From assembly GCA_964491475.1 (NCBI GenBank), contig CAZBFO010000001.1:8605-72604 (forward strand): DNA of 64,000 nt. The letters run 5' to 3'. The DNA is from an uncultured Gammaproteobacteria bacterium. Its GTDB lineage: Bacteria; Patescibacteriota; Patescibacteriia; SG8-24. Every line of letters begins with the position of its first letter. Within the stretch, counting starts at the first letter, position 1. A model generated the notes under the pieces. That model did no database searches. It was given only the letters and a program-made list of their open reading frames with translations, and was not told where the DNA came from. Shown here one piece after another: positions 29,757 to 39,119 of the stretch. Made by a program: the position numbers and the translations under genes.

Positions 29757-31115
29757 CTAGAGCGCGTTCGCTTGCTCCACGCTCTCGGGATGCTTGCCGG
29801 ACGGATCGGTGTGGCCGGCGCCGAGCGCCTCGCCTGCGGCCTTGAGGCCGTCGCGCACTTGCGTCCAGGTCGATCCAGGATGCGACTTGATGTACAAGGC
29901 GGCGCCTCCTGCCACGTGCGGGCTGGCCATGCTGGTGCCGCTGATGGTGCTGTATCCTCCGGAGAGCCAGGTCGATCGGATGTTCACGCCCGGCGCGCCA
30001 AGGTCGACGATCGAACCGTAGTTGCTGAAGGTGGCGAAGGTGTCGTCCTTGCCGTACGAAGTGGTCGGGCCGAGGCCTCCGGACTTGCCGTCGGAGTCGG
30101 CCAGCGCCGAGACGGTGATGACGGCGTCGTCGTAAGCGGCAGGCACGGAAGTGGAGGCGTCGGCGGTGGAGTTTCCGGCGGCGACGACTATGGTCACGCC
30201 GGCGTCGCGAGCGCGGCAGATGGCCTTATGCAGGGCGTCGCCGTTCTTGTTGCCACAGGCGTTGTCGCTGGTGCCGGCACCGCCGAGAGACAGGTTGGCG
30301 ACCTTGATGTTGTACTTGGCCGCATTCGCGGTGACCCAATCAATGCCGCAGATGACCTGGGACCAGGTGCCGGAGCCGCTGCTGTCGAGCACCTTGACCG
30401 CCGCGAGCTTCGCCTGCGGCGCGACGCCGACGACGCCGATGGCGTTGTCCAGCGCGGCAATGGTGCCGGCCACGTGCGAACCGTGGCCGTTGTCGTCTTG
30501 GCCGGTCGTCTTTCCCTTGACGCAGCTGCTGTTGGCGACGATGTTGGCGGCGAGGTCGGGATGCGTCAGGTCGATGCCGGTGTCGATGACGGCGACGCCG
30601 ATTCCCGCGCCCTTGTTGGTCAGCGCGGTCGCCTTGATGCGGCCGATGCCGGTAGGCAGCGCCTGCGTCGGCTGTGCGGCGGCCACGGCTTCAGTCTTCG
30701 CAGCAGTGTCATGCATCACGAGCGCCTGCACCATGCGGTCCTCGCTCACGAAGGCCACGCGGGGATCGGAGGAGACCTGCGCGAGCTTGTCTTGGGAGAT
30801 CGTCGCGGCAAACCCCTTCATGGAGTGCCGGTAGGACTGCAGTGACCCGAGACCGTGCTTTTTTACCAGGTCCTGTTCCGCGTTGTCCGCGTCCGACACG
30901 TCATCCTTGAAGACGACGATGTATTGGCCCGGCACCTTGTCGTCGCCTCTGTCGGATCCGGGCGGGGCGTCTTTCTTCGGCTGCGCGGCGGCGGCCGGCG
31001 ATACCGCCTGTAATCCGCCCGTCGAATCGAAGGCGGAAGGACCTGGCGAGGAAGAGCAGCCGGCTCCGACCAGGAGCAGCGCGCCGACCGCCATGACGTG
31101 CACGAATCGTTTCAT
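29757..31115 (-). CDS. Subtilisin-like S8 serine protease (lipoprotein signal, I9 propeptide), paralog 1
   Basis: MKRFVHVMAVGALLLVGAGC lipobox. Catalytic D (VAVIDTGID), H (DNGHGSHVAGT) and S (GTSMASPHVAG). Confidence 0.85.
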   Translation of the reverse strand: MKRFVHVMAVGALLLVGAGCSSSPGPSAFDSTGGLQAVSPAAAAQPKKDAPPGSDRGDDKVPGQYIVVFKDDVSDADNAEQDLVKKHGLGSLQSYRHSMKGFAATISQDKLAQVSSDPRVAFVSEDRMVQALVMHDTAAKTEAVAAAQPTQALPTGIGRIKATALTNKGAGIGVAVIDTGIDLTHPDLAANIVANSSCVKGKTTGQDDNGHGSHVAGTIAALDNAIGVVGVAPQAKLAAVKVLDSSGSGTWSQVICGIDWVTANAAKYNIKVANLSLGGAGTSDNACGNKNGDALHKAICRARDAGVTIVVAAGNSTADASTSVPAAYDDAVITVSALADSDGKSGGLGPTTSYGKDDTFATFSNYGSIVDLGAPGVNIRSTWLSGGYSTISGTSMASPHVAGGAALYIKSHPGSTWTQVRDGLKAAGEALGAGHTDPSGKHPESVEQANAL

Positions 31116-31315
31116 ATGGTCATGAAATTTAGTGTTCGTAAACTCCTCCATCGTACACCGCGTTTGCCCCTGCCGCAACGGCCGGTCACGCCACGGAGTG
31201 CGCCCGCGCACGCAAAAACAAAACGTCCCGTTGAGGACGTTTCGTCACGGCGACAAGGCCCTACCGCCGTCCCGCGTGCCCAAAGGCATCGGAGTCGAAC
31301 GGTAAGAAGCTGTCG

Positions 31316-31403
31316 TGGCGGAGAGGCAGGGATTCGAACCCTGGATACCTTTCGGTATACTCGCTTTCCAAGCGAGCGCACTCGACCACTATGCGACCTC
31401 TCC
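31316..31403 (-). tRNA. tRNA-Ser(GGA)
   Basis: The reverse complement folds as GGAGAGG-U-CGC-AUAGUGGUCGAGU-GCG / CUCGC-UUGGAAA-GCGAG / long variable arm / CAGGG-UUCGAAU-CCCUG / CCUCUCC-G-CCA. Anticodon is GGA and CCA is encoded. Confidence 0.85.
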
Positions 31404-31544
31404 GTGGGCGTGGCCGATTGTTGGTGCATAGTACCCGAATTGCCGCCAAATGCAAGAGTGATTGACCTGCAGGGCTTTTTGTGCTTATATGGCCGGTCGG
31501 GGATGCCTCGGCAAGAGGTGCTCAACGACGAAAGGAGGCCGAAA

Positions 31545-32366
31545 ATGGCCGCATCAGGGCAAAGTTTCATCAGCATCATCAGCTACAACGTGCTGTGCGA
31601 CGCCTACATCAGGCCCGAGTTCTATCCCAAGTGCGATCCGTCGGCGTTCCTGCCGGAGCGCCGCCATCCGTTGCTCTTGGACCGCATCGCCGCATTCTAC
31701 ACCGACGTCATCTGCCTGCAGGAGGTGGACGCCGCGATGTTCGACCGGGTGCAAAAGCGCCTGCAACCGCAGCAATACGTCGGGCATTGGGCGAAGAAAG
31801 GCGCGGGCAAGCCCGACGGCTGCGCCACCTTCGTTCGTCTCCCGCTTGAGGGGAAGCGCAGGGGCCTTCTGGTGGCCGGGTACGACGTCCATTCCTACGA
31901 GGATGGCGACGGCACTCGTGCCGCATCAGGCCATCTGCTGCAGAACACCATGGTGGTCACGCCGGAAGGCCGCGCCGTCATGGTCATCAATACCCACCTC
32001 AAGTGGGACCCGCCCGCAGCCCCGTCAGAAAAGCGCGTGGGACTGGCGCAGGCGAGGCAGCTGGCCGCCATGCCGGCGTCGCCGACGGCCACGATCATCT
32101 GCGGGGACTTCAACGCCGAGCACGGCAGCGACGTCATGAAAGCGCTGGCCGAAAAGGGCTACCAGGACGCGCACCTGACGGCCATGGAGCCGACCTGCAT
32201 GCCCGATGGCGAGCTCAAGAAGATCGATGCCATCCTCTGCAACGACCGGCTGCTGGTGCACGATTTCGGCACCACCCCTCTCTGCCCGCAGGCGCCGCCG
32301 CCGTCGACGGATGAACCGTCGGACCACGTGCCGATAGGCGCCACGTTGGTCACCGTGGCCTACTGA
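31545..32366 (+). CDS. Endonuclease/exonuclease/phosphatase (EEP) family protein
   Basis: ATG after AAAGGAGG. Motifs ISYNVLCDAY, DVICLQEVD, GDFNA and SDHVPI. Confidence 0.75.
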   Translation: MAASGQSFISIISYNVLCDAYIRPEFYPKCDPSAFLPERRHPLLLDRIAAFYTDVICLQEVDAAMFDRVQKRLQPQQYVGHWAKKGAGKPDGCATFVRLPLEGKRRGLLVAGYDVHSYEDGDGTRAASGHLLQNTMVVTPEGRAVMVINTHLKWDPPAAPSEKRVGLAQARQLAAMPASPTATIICGDFNAEHGSDVMKALAEKGYQDAHLTAMEPTCMPDGELKKIDAILCNDRLLVHDFGTTPLCPQAPPPSTDEPSDHVPIGATLVTVAY

Positions 32367-32471
32367 CTTCTTCGCCGCCCGAACACCGGGCGGCTTTTTC
32401 GTCCGTTGACATTTCGCCGAAACGTGAGACTCTGGGCGAAGCTCCTTTCCTGACGCAGGAGAAAATTCGTC

Positions 32472-33131
32472 ATGACCAAAGCGCGATTGCAGGGGAACAA
32501 GGCGGTCTTCGTGGGCAACGCCTACGATCTCAAGAAAACCGTCACCACGCTTCACGGGGTGGTCTGCGCGGCGATGGACGCCTTCGGCGTCAAGACGGGG
32601 AAGGTCGGCACCATCTACCCGCACCTGTCGACTGCGGTCCTGCCGCATCCCGGGCTCGAGCAGACCGAAAAGGTCTGGCAGCGTGTCGCCCAGGAGTATC
32701 AGGTGGTCGATTGGAAGATGATTTACGACATCGGTCCGGTCACCTTCTCCGCGCAACTTTTCGGCCGGAGCTGGTGCGTGTATCGTCCCGACAGGGGAGA
32801 CATCGTCACTCCGGACGGGCTGCCGCTGGCGCATCTCAACAACGCGCCGATCGTCACCGTCGGGGGCGAGCGGCAGGCGGACGGTTCCTGTGCGCTGCTT
32901 TCCACGGCCAAGATGGACGTGATGGACGAAGTGCTGCTGCCGTTCGGTCTGACCGTCGATGGCGTCAACTGCAACGCCGAAGAGGGCCATTCCGCGGCGC
33001 AAAAACGGTACCTGGCCTACATTTCTTTCCCCTATGCCGCCTACGGCGCGGGACGAAAGGAACTGCAGGCGCGTTGCGCATTGCCTGACGGCAGCGAGAT
33101 CAAAGTCGCGCCGTTCAGCCGCCTGAACTGA
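32472..33131 (+). CDS. Hypothetical protein
   Basis: An ORF in the codirectional series. No motif. Confidence 0.45.
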   Translation: MTKARLQGNKAVFVGNAYDLKKTVTTLHGVVCAAMDAFGVKTGKVGTIYPHLSTAVLPHPGLEQTEKVWQRVAQEYQVVDWKMIYDIGPVTFSAQLFGRSWCVYRPDRGDIVTPDGLPLAHLNNAPIVTVGGERQADGSCALLSTAKMDVMDEVLLPFGLTVDGVNCNAEEGHSAAQKRYLAYISFPYAAYGAGRKELQARCALPDGSEIKVAPFSRLN

Positions 33132-33199
33132 CCGCTTTCCTTGCCGCAAGGCGGGGCAGGTGCTACGTTCAGCCCAGTCTTCGTTCACGGAGGTAAGCG

Positions 33200-33511
33200 A
33201 TGAACGTCAAACAGGCTCTTATCGGTCTTTTGCTGCTGATTGCCAGCGGTGCGGGCTTCGGCATCATCTTCCATCTCGGCGGCCATTACGTCTGGAAGGA
33301 AAACGTCGCCCAAGCCCAGACGCCGCCGCAGGTGCAGACCGTCACTCTGGCCAAGGATCAGAAGCTCAAGGACGCCAACTGGCATTGCTGGGCCGGCGGC
33401 AGCTGCGAGCTGTGGCTGCTGACCAAGCCGCGCAAGGCCGACGACAAGCCGGAGACGTACGTCTTCCAGAACGCCGACGGCACCAGGAAATACGTCATCA
33501 AGGAACAATAA
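33200..33511 (+). CDS. Small secreted/membrane-anchored hypothetical protein
   Basis: N-terminal hydrophobic segment ALIGLLLLIASGAGFGIIF, and a conserved Cys pair HCWAGGSCELW. Confidence 0.4.
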   Translation: MNVKQALIGLLLLIASGAGFGIIFHLGGHYVWKENVAQAQTPPQVQTVTLAKDQKLKDANWHCWAGGSCELWLLTKPRKADDKPETYVFQNADGTRKYVIKEQ

Positions 33512-33514
33512 AAG

Positions 33515-33545
33515 CCCGAGCCTGCTTGGCCGGGCTTTTTTCTTA
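33515..33545. terminator. Rho-independent terminator (bidirectional)
   Basis: AAAGCCCGAGCCTGCTTGGCCGGGCTTTTTTTC lies between convergent genes. Confidence 0.55.
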
Positions 33546-33556
33546 TGCTCGCGAGG

Positions 33557-35773
33557 TCATTCACTGTCGATGCGCAGGAGGCGGTAGGGGTCGATGTGAC
33601 CTTGCTCGTCGCCGACTTCGGTCATGCCTTCGTGCGCCAAGTTGGCGATGTCGATGGCCATTAAGAGCGGGTGGTCGGGTATGATCTTCCTGATGGCCTC
33701 GCGGAGTTCCGCCAGATCCTTTGGCCGTGAGGCGGTATCAAAGAGGTAGTGCCTGTTGTCGAGCAGCTCGGGATGCCGGGCCAGGCTTTCCTGGTAGACG
33801 TACGCGGGCATCAGCACTTTTCCTTTGGTCTTGCCGTAGAGGAGATAGCCGTCACGGTCCACCCGTTTGCCGTTGTCCTCGCCCTTATAGAAATAATTCA
33901 TGTTCGGCATGACGACCGTCTTGTCGTCCGGCATGTCGCGGATGACCTCGGCGACTTTCTCGAAGTCGCCGAGAGACACGTCGCTGATGTCGACGGTTCG
34001 CCGCCCTTCTCCCGAAAGAATCGCGCGCAGGTCGTCAGCGTCCACCTCTCCCGTGTACTTGGTGTTGTCCTTGCCGAGTTCCAATTTGATGCTGGGAAGG
34101 TCTGCGTTTCCCTTCGTTTCGGCGCTAAAGCCGCGGAGGAAGGCTTCGGAAAGGCGCCCTTGCTGGCCCATCGCCACGGTGATGCTGCGATTGCGGTTTC
34201 GCAGCGCCTGGCTTACGGCCTCGGGTCGCCAATTCTCCATCGTGCCATAATTCACGCGCCAGGCTCTTCTGCCCTCGGCGCTGTCGGGGAGAGGCTCGTC
34301 GAAGACGGCAACGGTCTCGGGCGACGGGGCATCCAGGTCTCTCGCGTCCACGGAGACGGAGTTTTTGGACCTCGCTCCCGTCCACGGATCGACCCTCTCC
34401 AGCCGCGGCGCGCTCTGCAGGCGAAGTCGGGCGCCGGCAGGATCGACGTCGACAAGAATCTCGATCTCCGTCACCTGGCCTTCCAGTTTCTTCTCCTGCT
34501 CTCGGGAAACGGCGATTTGGGCGGCGATTTGCTCGTCGGTCATCTTTTCCGGCTCCAGCCCCTCGCGCTTTGCCTCCTGCATGACGAATTCCGACCCCTT
34601 CAGTTTTCCCACAACCCTGACGTTCAGCTTGGCCGGTTCGTCTGTGACGACGTCGATGTCCGCGCTGTTTTTCACTTCGCCGGGGTTGCCCGCCGCCTTC
34701 GCTTCGACGGGCTTGCTGCTGACCAGCGCCTTCTTGACCTCGGTCATCGGCAACGTCACCGTGCCGGGTTCTGCCTCGGTGCCTGCCCACTTTCTGGTGT
34801 TGCCGCCCTCGAGGATGTAGAGCGCATCGCGATTGCCGTTGTCGTCGAGGTGCTCGACCGCCGCCATTTCGTGCTGCTTCACCATTTGCGTCGCCGGCCG
34901 CCAATGGACGCGCTTCTCCGGCGGCAGGTGCGCCAGCACGCCTTCCATCACGATGCCCTGCGCGCGTGAGATGGCCACGCAGTTCCTGTCGCCGCCGTTG
35001 AAGTAGCGCGTGGTCGAGGCTTGCTCCCACTTGTACGACGAGTCAGGTCCGTACATTTCCGTGCTGATGCGCTTGATCTCGTCGGCGGTCAGGTCGTCGC
35101 CGACTTCTGACGAATACTTGGCGATCATCTCGTCGGCGCGTTTCTCGGCAGACTCCACTTCGGCTGCCGGTATGCCGCCGAGTTTTTCCAAATCAAACTG
35201 CATCCGCTTGAGCGAGGGCGGTTCTCCGCCCTCCAGACGCTTGGCGGCCTCGGTTTTGTAAGCCTCGCGTGCCGCCGCGTCGACGTTTTTTCCCCGCTCG
35301 GCGACCCTGGCGCTGACCTGCGCCTGCTGCTCCTTGCTCTGCGGGTGCAGCACCATGTGCTCCTTCTCCCAGGTATTCTTTACGGATTCGGCAATGGCGT
35401 GGCCGGCGGACTCAATGGCGTTTCCGACGCGCTCGTTCAACGGCAAATGCAGCGCACCGGCCACCAATAGCGGCTTGGCCAACGGGTGCCGAGCAAGCCT
35501 TTTGAGCAGGCTTTGCTTCGGTTCCGTCACCGTGTTTTCCTGGATGCGTTTCTTGGAGGCTTCGCTGACGTCGCCTAGCGCTTCTTCGATTTTTTGAACG
35601 GCGGAATCAGCTTCGGCCTGCCTGGCGGCCTGCTGGGTGTCGATCGCTTCGATTTGAGCCGCAATATCTTCCGCAGACAACTGTTCTTGGGCTGACTCCG
35701 AATCCTGCGGCTGCTTGGGCACCTCGCTCTTTTCGGCTGGCGTTGGCGGAAGCTCTCTTTTCTTGGGGAACAT
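33557..35773 (-). CDS. Large hypothetical protein (738 aa), coiled-coil/charged N-terminus
   Basis: Long uninterrupted minus-strand ORF in a region otherwise coded on +. The ATG at 35773 (MFPKKRELPP) is preferred. No catalytic motif recognised. Confidence 0.55.
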   Translation of the reverse strand: MFPKKRELPPTPAEKSEVPKQPQDSESAQEQLSAEDIAAQIEAIDTQQAARQAEADSAVQKIEEALGDVSEASKKRIQENTVTEPKQSLLKRLARHPLAKPLLVAGALHLPLNERVGNAIESAGHAIAESVKNTWEKEHMVLHPQSKEQQAQVSARVAERGKNVDAAAREAYKTEAAKRLEGGEPPSLKRMQFDLEKLGGIPAAEVESAEKRADEMIAKYSSEVGDDLTADEIKRISTEMYGPDSSYKWEQASTTRYFNGGDRNCVAISRAQGIVMEGVLAHLPPEKRVHWRPATQMVKQHEMAAVEHLDDNGNRDALYILEGGNTRKWAGTEAEPGTVTLPMTEVKKALVSSKPVEAKAAGNPGEVKNSADIDVVTDEPAKLNVRVVGKLKGSEFVMQEAKREGLEPEKMTDEQIAAQIAVSREQEKKLEGQVTEIEILVDVDPAGARLRLQSAPRLERVDPWTGARSKNSVSVDARDLDAPSPETVAVFDEPLPDSAEGRRAWRVNYGTMENWRPEAVSQALRNRNRSITVAMGQQGRLSEAFLRGFSAETKGNADLPSIKLELGKDNTKYTGEVDADDLRAILSGEGRRTVDISDVSLGDFEKVAEVIRDMPDDKTVVMPNMNYFYKGEDNGKRVDRDGYLLYGKTKGKVLMPAYVYQESLARHPELLDNRHYLFDTASRPKDLAELREAIRKIIPDHPLLMAIDIANLAHEGMTEVGDEQGHIDPYRLLRIDSE

Positions 35774-35879
35774 ACGCGAAAATACTATCACGTGCGCTTT
35801 TATGATGGAGATGGTCTGTGGATAACCGGGCATTTTCGAACGATGTTTGTGCGAAGACGGTCCAATGCCGTCTTTTTTG

Positions 35880-35888
35880 TGCTACACT
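35880..35888 (+). promoter_or_regulatory. Putative extended -10 (TGCTACACT), 8 nt before ATG 35897
   Basis: The same 12-mer GCTACACTGTG occurs upstream of the intron-containing tRNA at 44661-44672. Implies a leaderless or very short leader. Confidence 0.3.
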
Positions 35889-35896
35889 GTGCCTGT

Positions 35897-37015
35897 ATGG
35901 CAAGGTCCGTTCAGAGAAAAACCGTTAAGTCCCGGCGGCCGACGATGAGGCCTGCACCGGTTTCGCGTCCTGCCGAAAGCGATGCAGCGCAGCAGTTTCG
36001 AAGCGCCCTTTACTTCGCCTGCGGCATCGTCGGCATTGCCGTCCTGCTGTTTTTTGCCGTGCGCCAGACGCCGTCGGCAAAGAGGCTGGCGAAGGAAAGC
36101 GGAGCAGCTGCTGATTCGACCTTAGCCGCGTTCACCGCTGCGCCGGACTTCGTCACTTGGCTAGGTCAGTGGCAGAAGGTCGACGCCTATGTCGGACAGT
36201 CCGAATTTACTCGGGCCGAAGTTGCCGCCTTGGTACCGACTGACCCGTTCTCCCCGCCGGCGTCGTCGCTGCAGCCGCCGCAGGCCAACCGCTTTGCGTG
36301 GTCGCCCGACAAGTCCAAGTTCGTCGACTTCCTTTCGAACTACGGCGACCCGGATTCGAAGCTGACCGTATTCAACCGGGCGGGCAGCGCCCAAACCGAG
36401 ACGATCGATTTTTGCGGCACTCCCTGCAGGTTTGATTCCGCGTTCTGGCTCGATGATTCGCGGGCCGTAGTGCTGGGTCGCGCAGAAGGAACCAAGGCCG
36501 ACGGCACGCCGCTGTGCATCGGCGCTGCGGGCGATGCGAACAAGTGCTATTCCCATCTGACGGTAACCGTGTACGATTTCGGCAGGGCGACGAAACAGAG
36601 GTACCTTTCCGACAATCATCTTTTTGCCAGCGATCCGATGGCCCAGACGGTCCATGATCGCTGGATTTCCGGTCTCTCGCAGCAGGAACGCGAGGCGTTG
36701 GGCGAAGCGCCCACGGGCGAATCCATCAACGTCCGGGGAAAGATCATCGACCTCGTCCCGTCCAGCCGAATCCTTTCCATCGCCACCGATGCCGGCACCC
36801 AGCGCTTCGTGACGCTGGTTCCCTCGGCGGTGATTCGCGGCATCGACGGCATGCAGGGTCCGATTGAAGCGTTGCGCAAGGGCGCTGCCGTGGAAGTGGC
36901 CGCCATCCGTTCTGCGGACGGTACGGTGATGGCGCTGTCCGTGAGGGTGACGTCGGAGCCTCCGGCCGAAACTCCTCCAGCACCCACGCCGAAGAAGAAA
37001 AAAAGCGCACGCTAA
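35897..37015 (+). CDS. Hypothetical membrane-anchored protein
   Basis: The ATG at 35897 follows the promoter-like element. TM segment ALYFACGIVGIAVLLFFAV. Beta-rich extracytoplasmic domain. Confidence 0.5.
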   Translation: MARSVQRKTVKSRRPTMRPAPVSRPAESDAAQQFRSALYFACGIVGIAVLLFFAVRQTPSAKRLAKESGAAADSTLAAFTAAPDFVTWLGQWQKVDAYVGQSEFTRAEVAALVPTDPFSPPASSLQPPQANRFAWSPDKSKFVDFLSNYGDPDSKLTVFNRAGSAQTETIDFCGTPCRFDSAFWLDDSRAVVLGRAEGTKADGTPLCIGAAGDANKCYSHLTVTVYDFGRATKQRYLSDNHLFASDPMAQTVHDRWISGLSQQEREALGEAPTGESINVRGKIIDLVPSSRILSIATDAGTQRFVTLVPSAVIRGIDGMQGPIEALRKGAAVEVAAIRSADGTVMALSVRVTSEPPAETPPAPTPKKKKSAR

Positions 37016-37028
37016 GTTTTGAACGCAC

Positions 37029-37991
37029 ATGAGACGTTTCATCGACAGTCCTGAAAAGTTCGGCGCGGCCGTGGTCGCGCTTTTGGCGTTTGCCGGCTTA
37101 GCCGCGTTCGCCGCAGGCAACGGCGGGGGAGGAACGCCGGTGCCGCCGCCCGCACCCGCCTGCGCCCAAGATATCTGGGACTGCGGCAATTGGAGTGCCT
37201 GCACCGATGGTCACCAGGATCGTACCTGCACCTTGACCTTTGATTGCGCTGGCACCGACACGCCTAAGCCGGCCGTTCGTCAAAGCTGTGCCACGCCCGC
37301 GGCCTGCACCGGCGCAAACTGGCGCTGCAGCGACTGGCACGCCTGCAATGCCGACGGCTTGCAGCTGCGCGACTGCCGGCACACCAACGAGTGCCCCGAT
37401 CAGCAGTCCGAGAAGCCGGAAGGCGCCCGCCTGTGCCCCACGTTGCAGTGCGACCAGGCGACGCTCGCCGAGCGCGTGGCCTGCCGCCTGAACCTGTCCG
37501 AAGCCGGCATGGCCCGCGAGAACCAGATTCGCTATCTGCCCGAGTTGTGCCGCACCATGACCGATGCCGCCGAGCAGGCCGCCTGCATCGCCAAGTACAA
37601 GTCGTTTGACCCCTGTTGGTCCGCTGCCGTTCCCGCCGAGCGCCTGGCTTGCGCCCGCACCGTCCTGGGCGTCAGCTCCGACGTGAAGACGCAGGCGGGG
37701 GATTGCGACGCCTTGCCGTTCAAGGATCGCAAGGCCTGTCACGCCTCGCTGCTTGCGAAGGTCAGCGACCTGGTGCTGTTCAGGATGTATGACCTGGAGG
37801 AACGGGCCGAAGACGCGCGCGAGACGGGGGCATCGAATGCCGACGTTGCCATCCTCGCGGTGGGCATCGAGGAATCGAAAGTCGAGTTCGTGAAGGCGAC
37901 CAGCAGCCAGGCGCGCAAGGCCGCCATCCTGAATGCCCGAACGGCCTGGCAGGCTTTCCTCAAAGCTACCGATTCCCAAGGCTCGCACTAA
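37029..37991 (+). CDS. Secreted Cys-rich hypothetical protein
   Basis: Signal peptide AAVVALLAFAGLAAFA. More than 25 Cys, many in CxxW/CxDW spacing. Confidence 0.5.
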   Translation: MRRFIDSPEKFGAAVVALLAFAGLAAFAAGNGGGGTPVPPPAPACAQDIWDCGNWSACTDGHQDRTCTLTFDCAGTDTPKPAVRQSCATPAACTGANWRCSDWHACNADGLQLRDCRHTNECPDQQSEKPEGARLCPTLQCDQATLAERVACRLNLSEAGMARENQIRYLPELCRTMTDAAEQAACIAKYKSFDPCWSAAVPAERLACARTVLGVSSDVKTQAGDCDALPFKDRKACHASLLAKVSDLVLFRMYDLEERAEDARETGASNADVAILAVGIEESKVEFVKATSSQARKAAILNARTAWQAFLKATDSQGSH

Positions 37992-38001
37992 CTTTTTCCT
38001 T

Positions 38002-38235
38002 ATGCGCAACCGCCTCATCGTCGTGACCGCCCTTTTCGCCCTGCTGCTCGTGGGCGCGGGCTGCGATGCCAACAAGAAGAATACGAAGCCCGCACCGGCC
38101 CCGATGGACCGCAACGGCCCGCCCAACGCCGTCAAACCTCCGGAGACGCCCGTCAACGAGCCTGCTGCCAAACCTACCGCCACCCAGGACGACGGACTCG
38201 ACGGCGCCCTCAACGATTTGAGCGCAGCGGAATAG
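38002..38235 (+). CDS. Small lipoprotein
   Basis: MRNRLIVVTALFALLLVGAGC lipobox. Pro-rich. Confidence 0.4.
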   Translation: MRNRLIVVTALFALLLVGAGCDANKKNTKPAPAPMDRNGPPNAVKPPETPVNEPAAKPTATQDDGLDGALNDLSAAE

Positions 38236-38301
38236 GCCCGAGCGCCATTTGCACAAGGCCGTCGTTGCGGTTAAGGTGCGCCGGTAAGCCAGAGCACCCC
38301 T

Positions 38302-39111
38302 ATGAAACGACTGATCACCCACATCCGCCCGCACCTCGACGACATTTGCGCGCTTTGGCTGTTCAAGCGCTACCTGCCCGAAGCCAAGGATGCCGAGATC
38401 AGTTTCGTGGCCACCAACGCCAAGGGCGGCGACACCCATGACGATGCAGACACGGCTTGCATCGGGGTCGGCCGCGGCAAGTACGACGAGCACAAGGGCG
38501 ACATCGACGACTGCTCCACCACTCTGGTCTGGAAGGACATCCTCACCAAGGTGCAGTTCGACCCAGCAGAACAAAAAGCCGTCCAAAAAATCGTGGACTG
38601 GGCTTTCTTGGAAGACACCGGCAGGCTCGGCGCGGAAGCGCGCCGTTCTTTTGCGGTTCCGGCGATGATCGAAGGCTTCTACGACGGTCACAGCCGCGAC
38701 TCGCTCCAAGTCACCGTGTTCGGCTTCACCATGCTCGACGCCATCGTGGTGGCGCAACGCAACGAGGTAAAAATCGAGAACGCCTGGGCCACGCGCAAGG
38801 AGTTCACTTCGCGCTACGGCAAGACGGTGGCCGTCGTCGGCGATGCCCGCGGTCTCGACGCCTACGCCTACGGCCGCGGCTTCGACCTGATCGCCATCAT
38901 GGACACCAGCGGCAAGTACCACACCTACCGTGCCAACGCCACCTCGACCATCGACCTCACGACCACGCGCGACCTGCTCGCCAAGATCGACCCCACCGCC
39001 GAGTGGTACTTCCACCACTCCAAGAAGATGCTGATCTGCGGCGGCGACCATTCTCCCCACACGCCCACCTCCAAGTTGAGCTTCGAGCAGTTCATCGAGG
39101 CCATCATGTAG
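38302..39111 (+). CDS. Hypothetical protein, possibly MYG1/UPF0160-like metal-dependent hydrolase
   Basis: The N-terminus ITHIRPHLDDICALWLFKRY resembles the MYG1 motif THSGTFHCDEALACFLLR. This is a weak, pattern-level call. Confidence 0.4.
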   Translation: MKRLITHIRPHLDDICALWLFKRYLPEAKDAEISFVATNAKGGDTHDDADTACIGVGRGKYDEHKGDIDDCSTTLVWKDILTKVQFDPAEQKAVQKIVDWAFLEDTGRLGAEARRSFAVPAMIEGFYDGHSRDSLQVTVFGFTMLDAIVVAQRNEVKIENAWATRKEFTSRYGKTVAVVGDARGLDAYAYGRGFDLIAIMDTSGKYHTYRANATSTIDLTTTRDLLAKIDPTAEWYFHHSKKMLICGGDHSPHTPTSKLSFEQFIEAIM

Positions 39112-39119
39112 CGCGCAAC

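Noticed and set aside
31285-31315. GGAGTCGAAC T-loop-like fragment next to tRNA-Ser
   Set aside because: No complementary acceptor/anticodon arms. Not a full tRNA.
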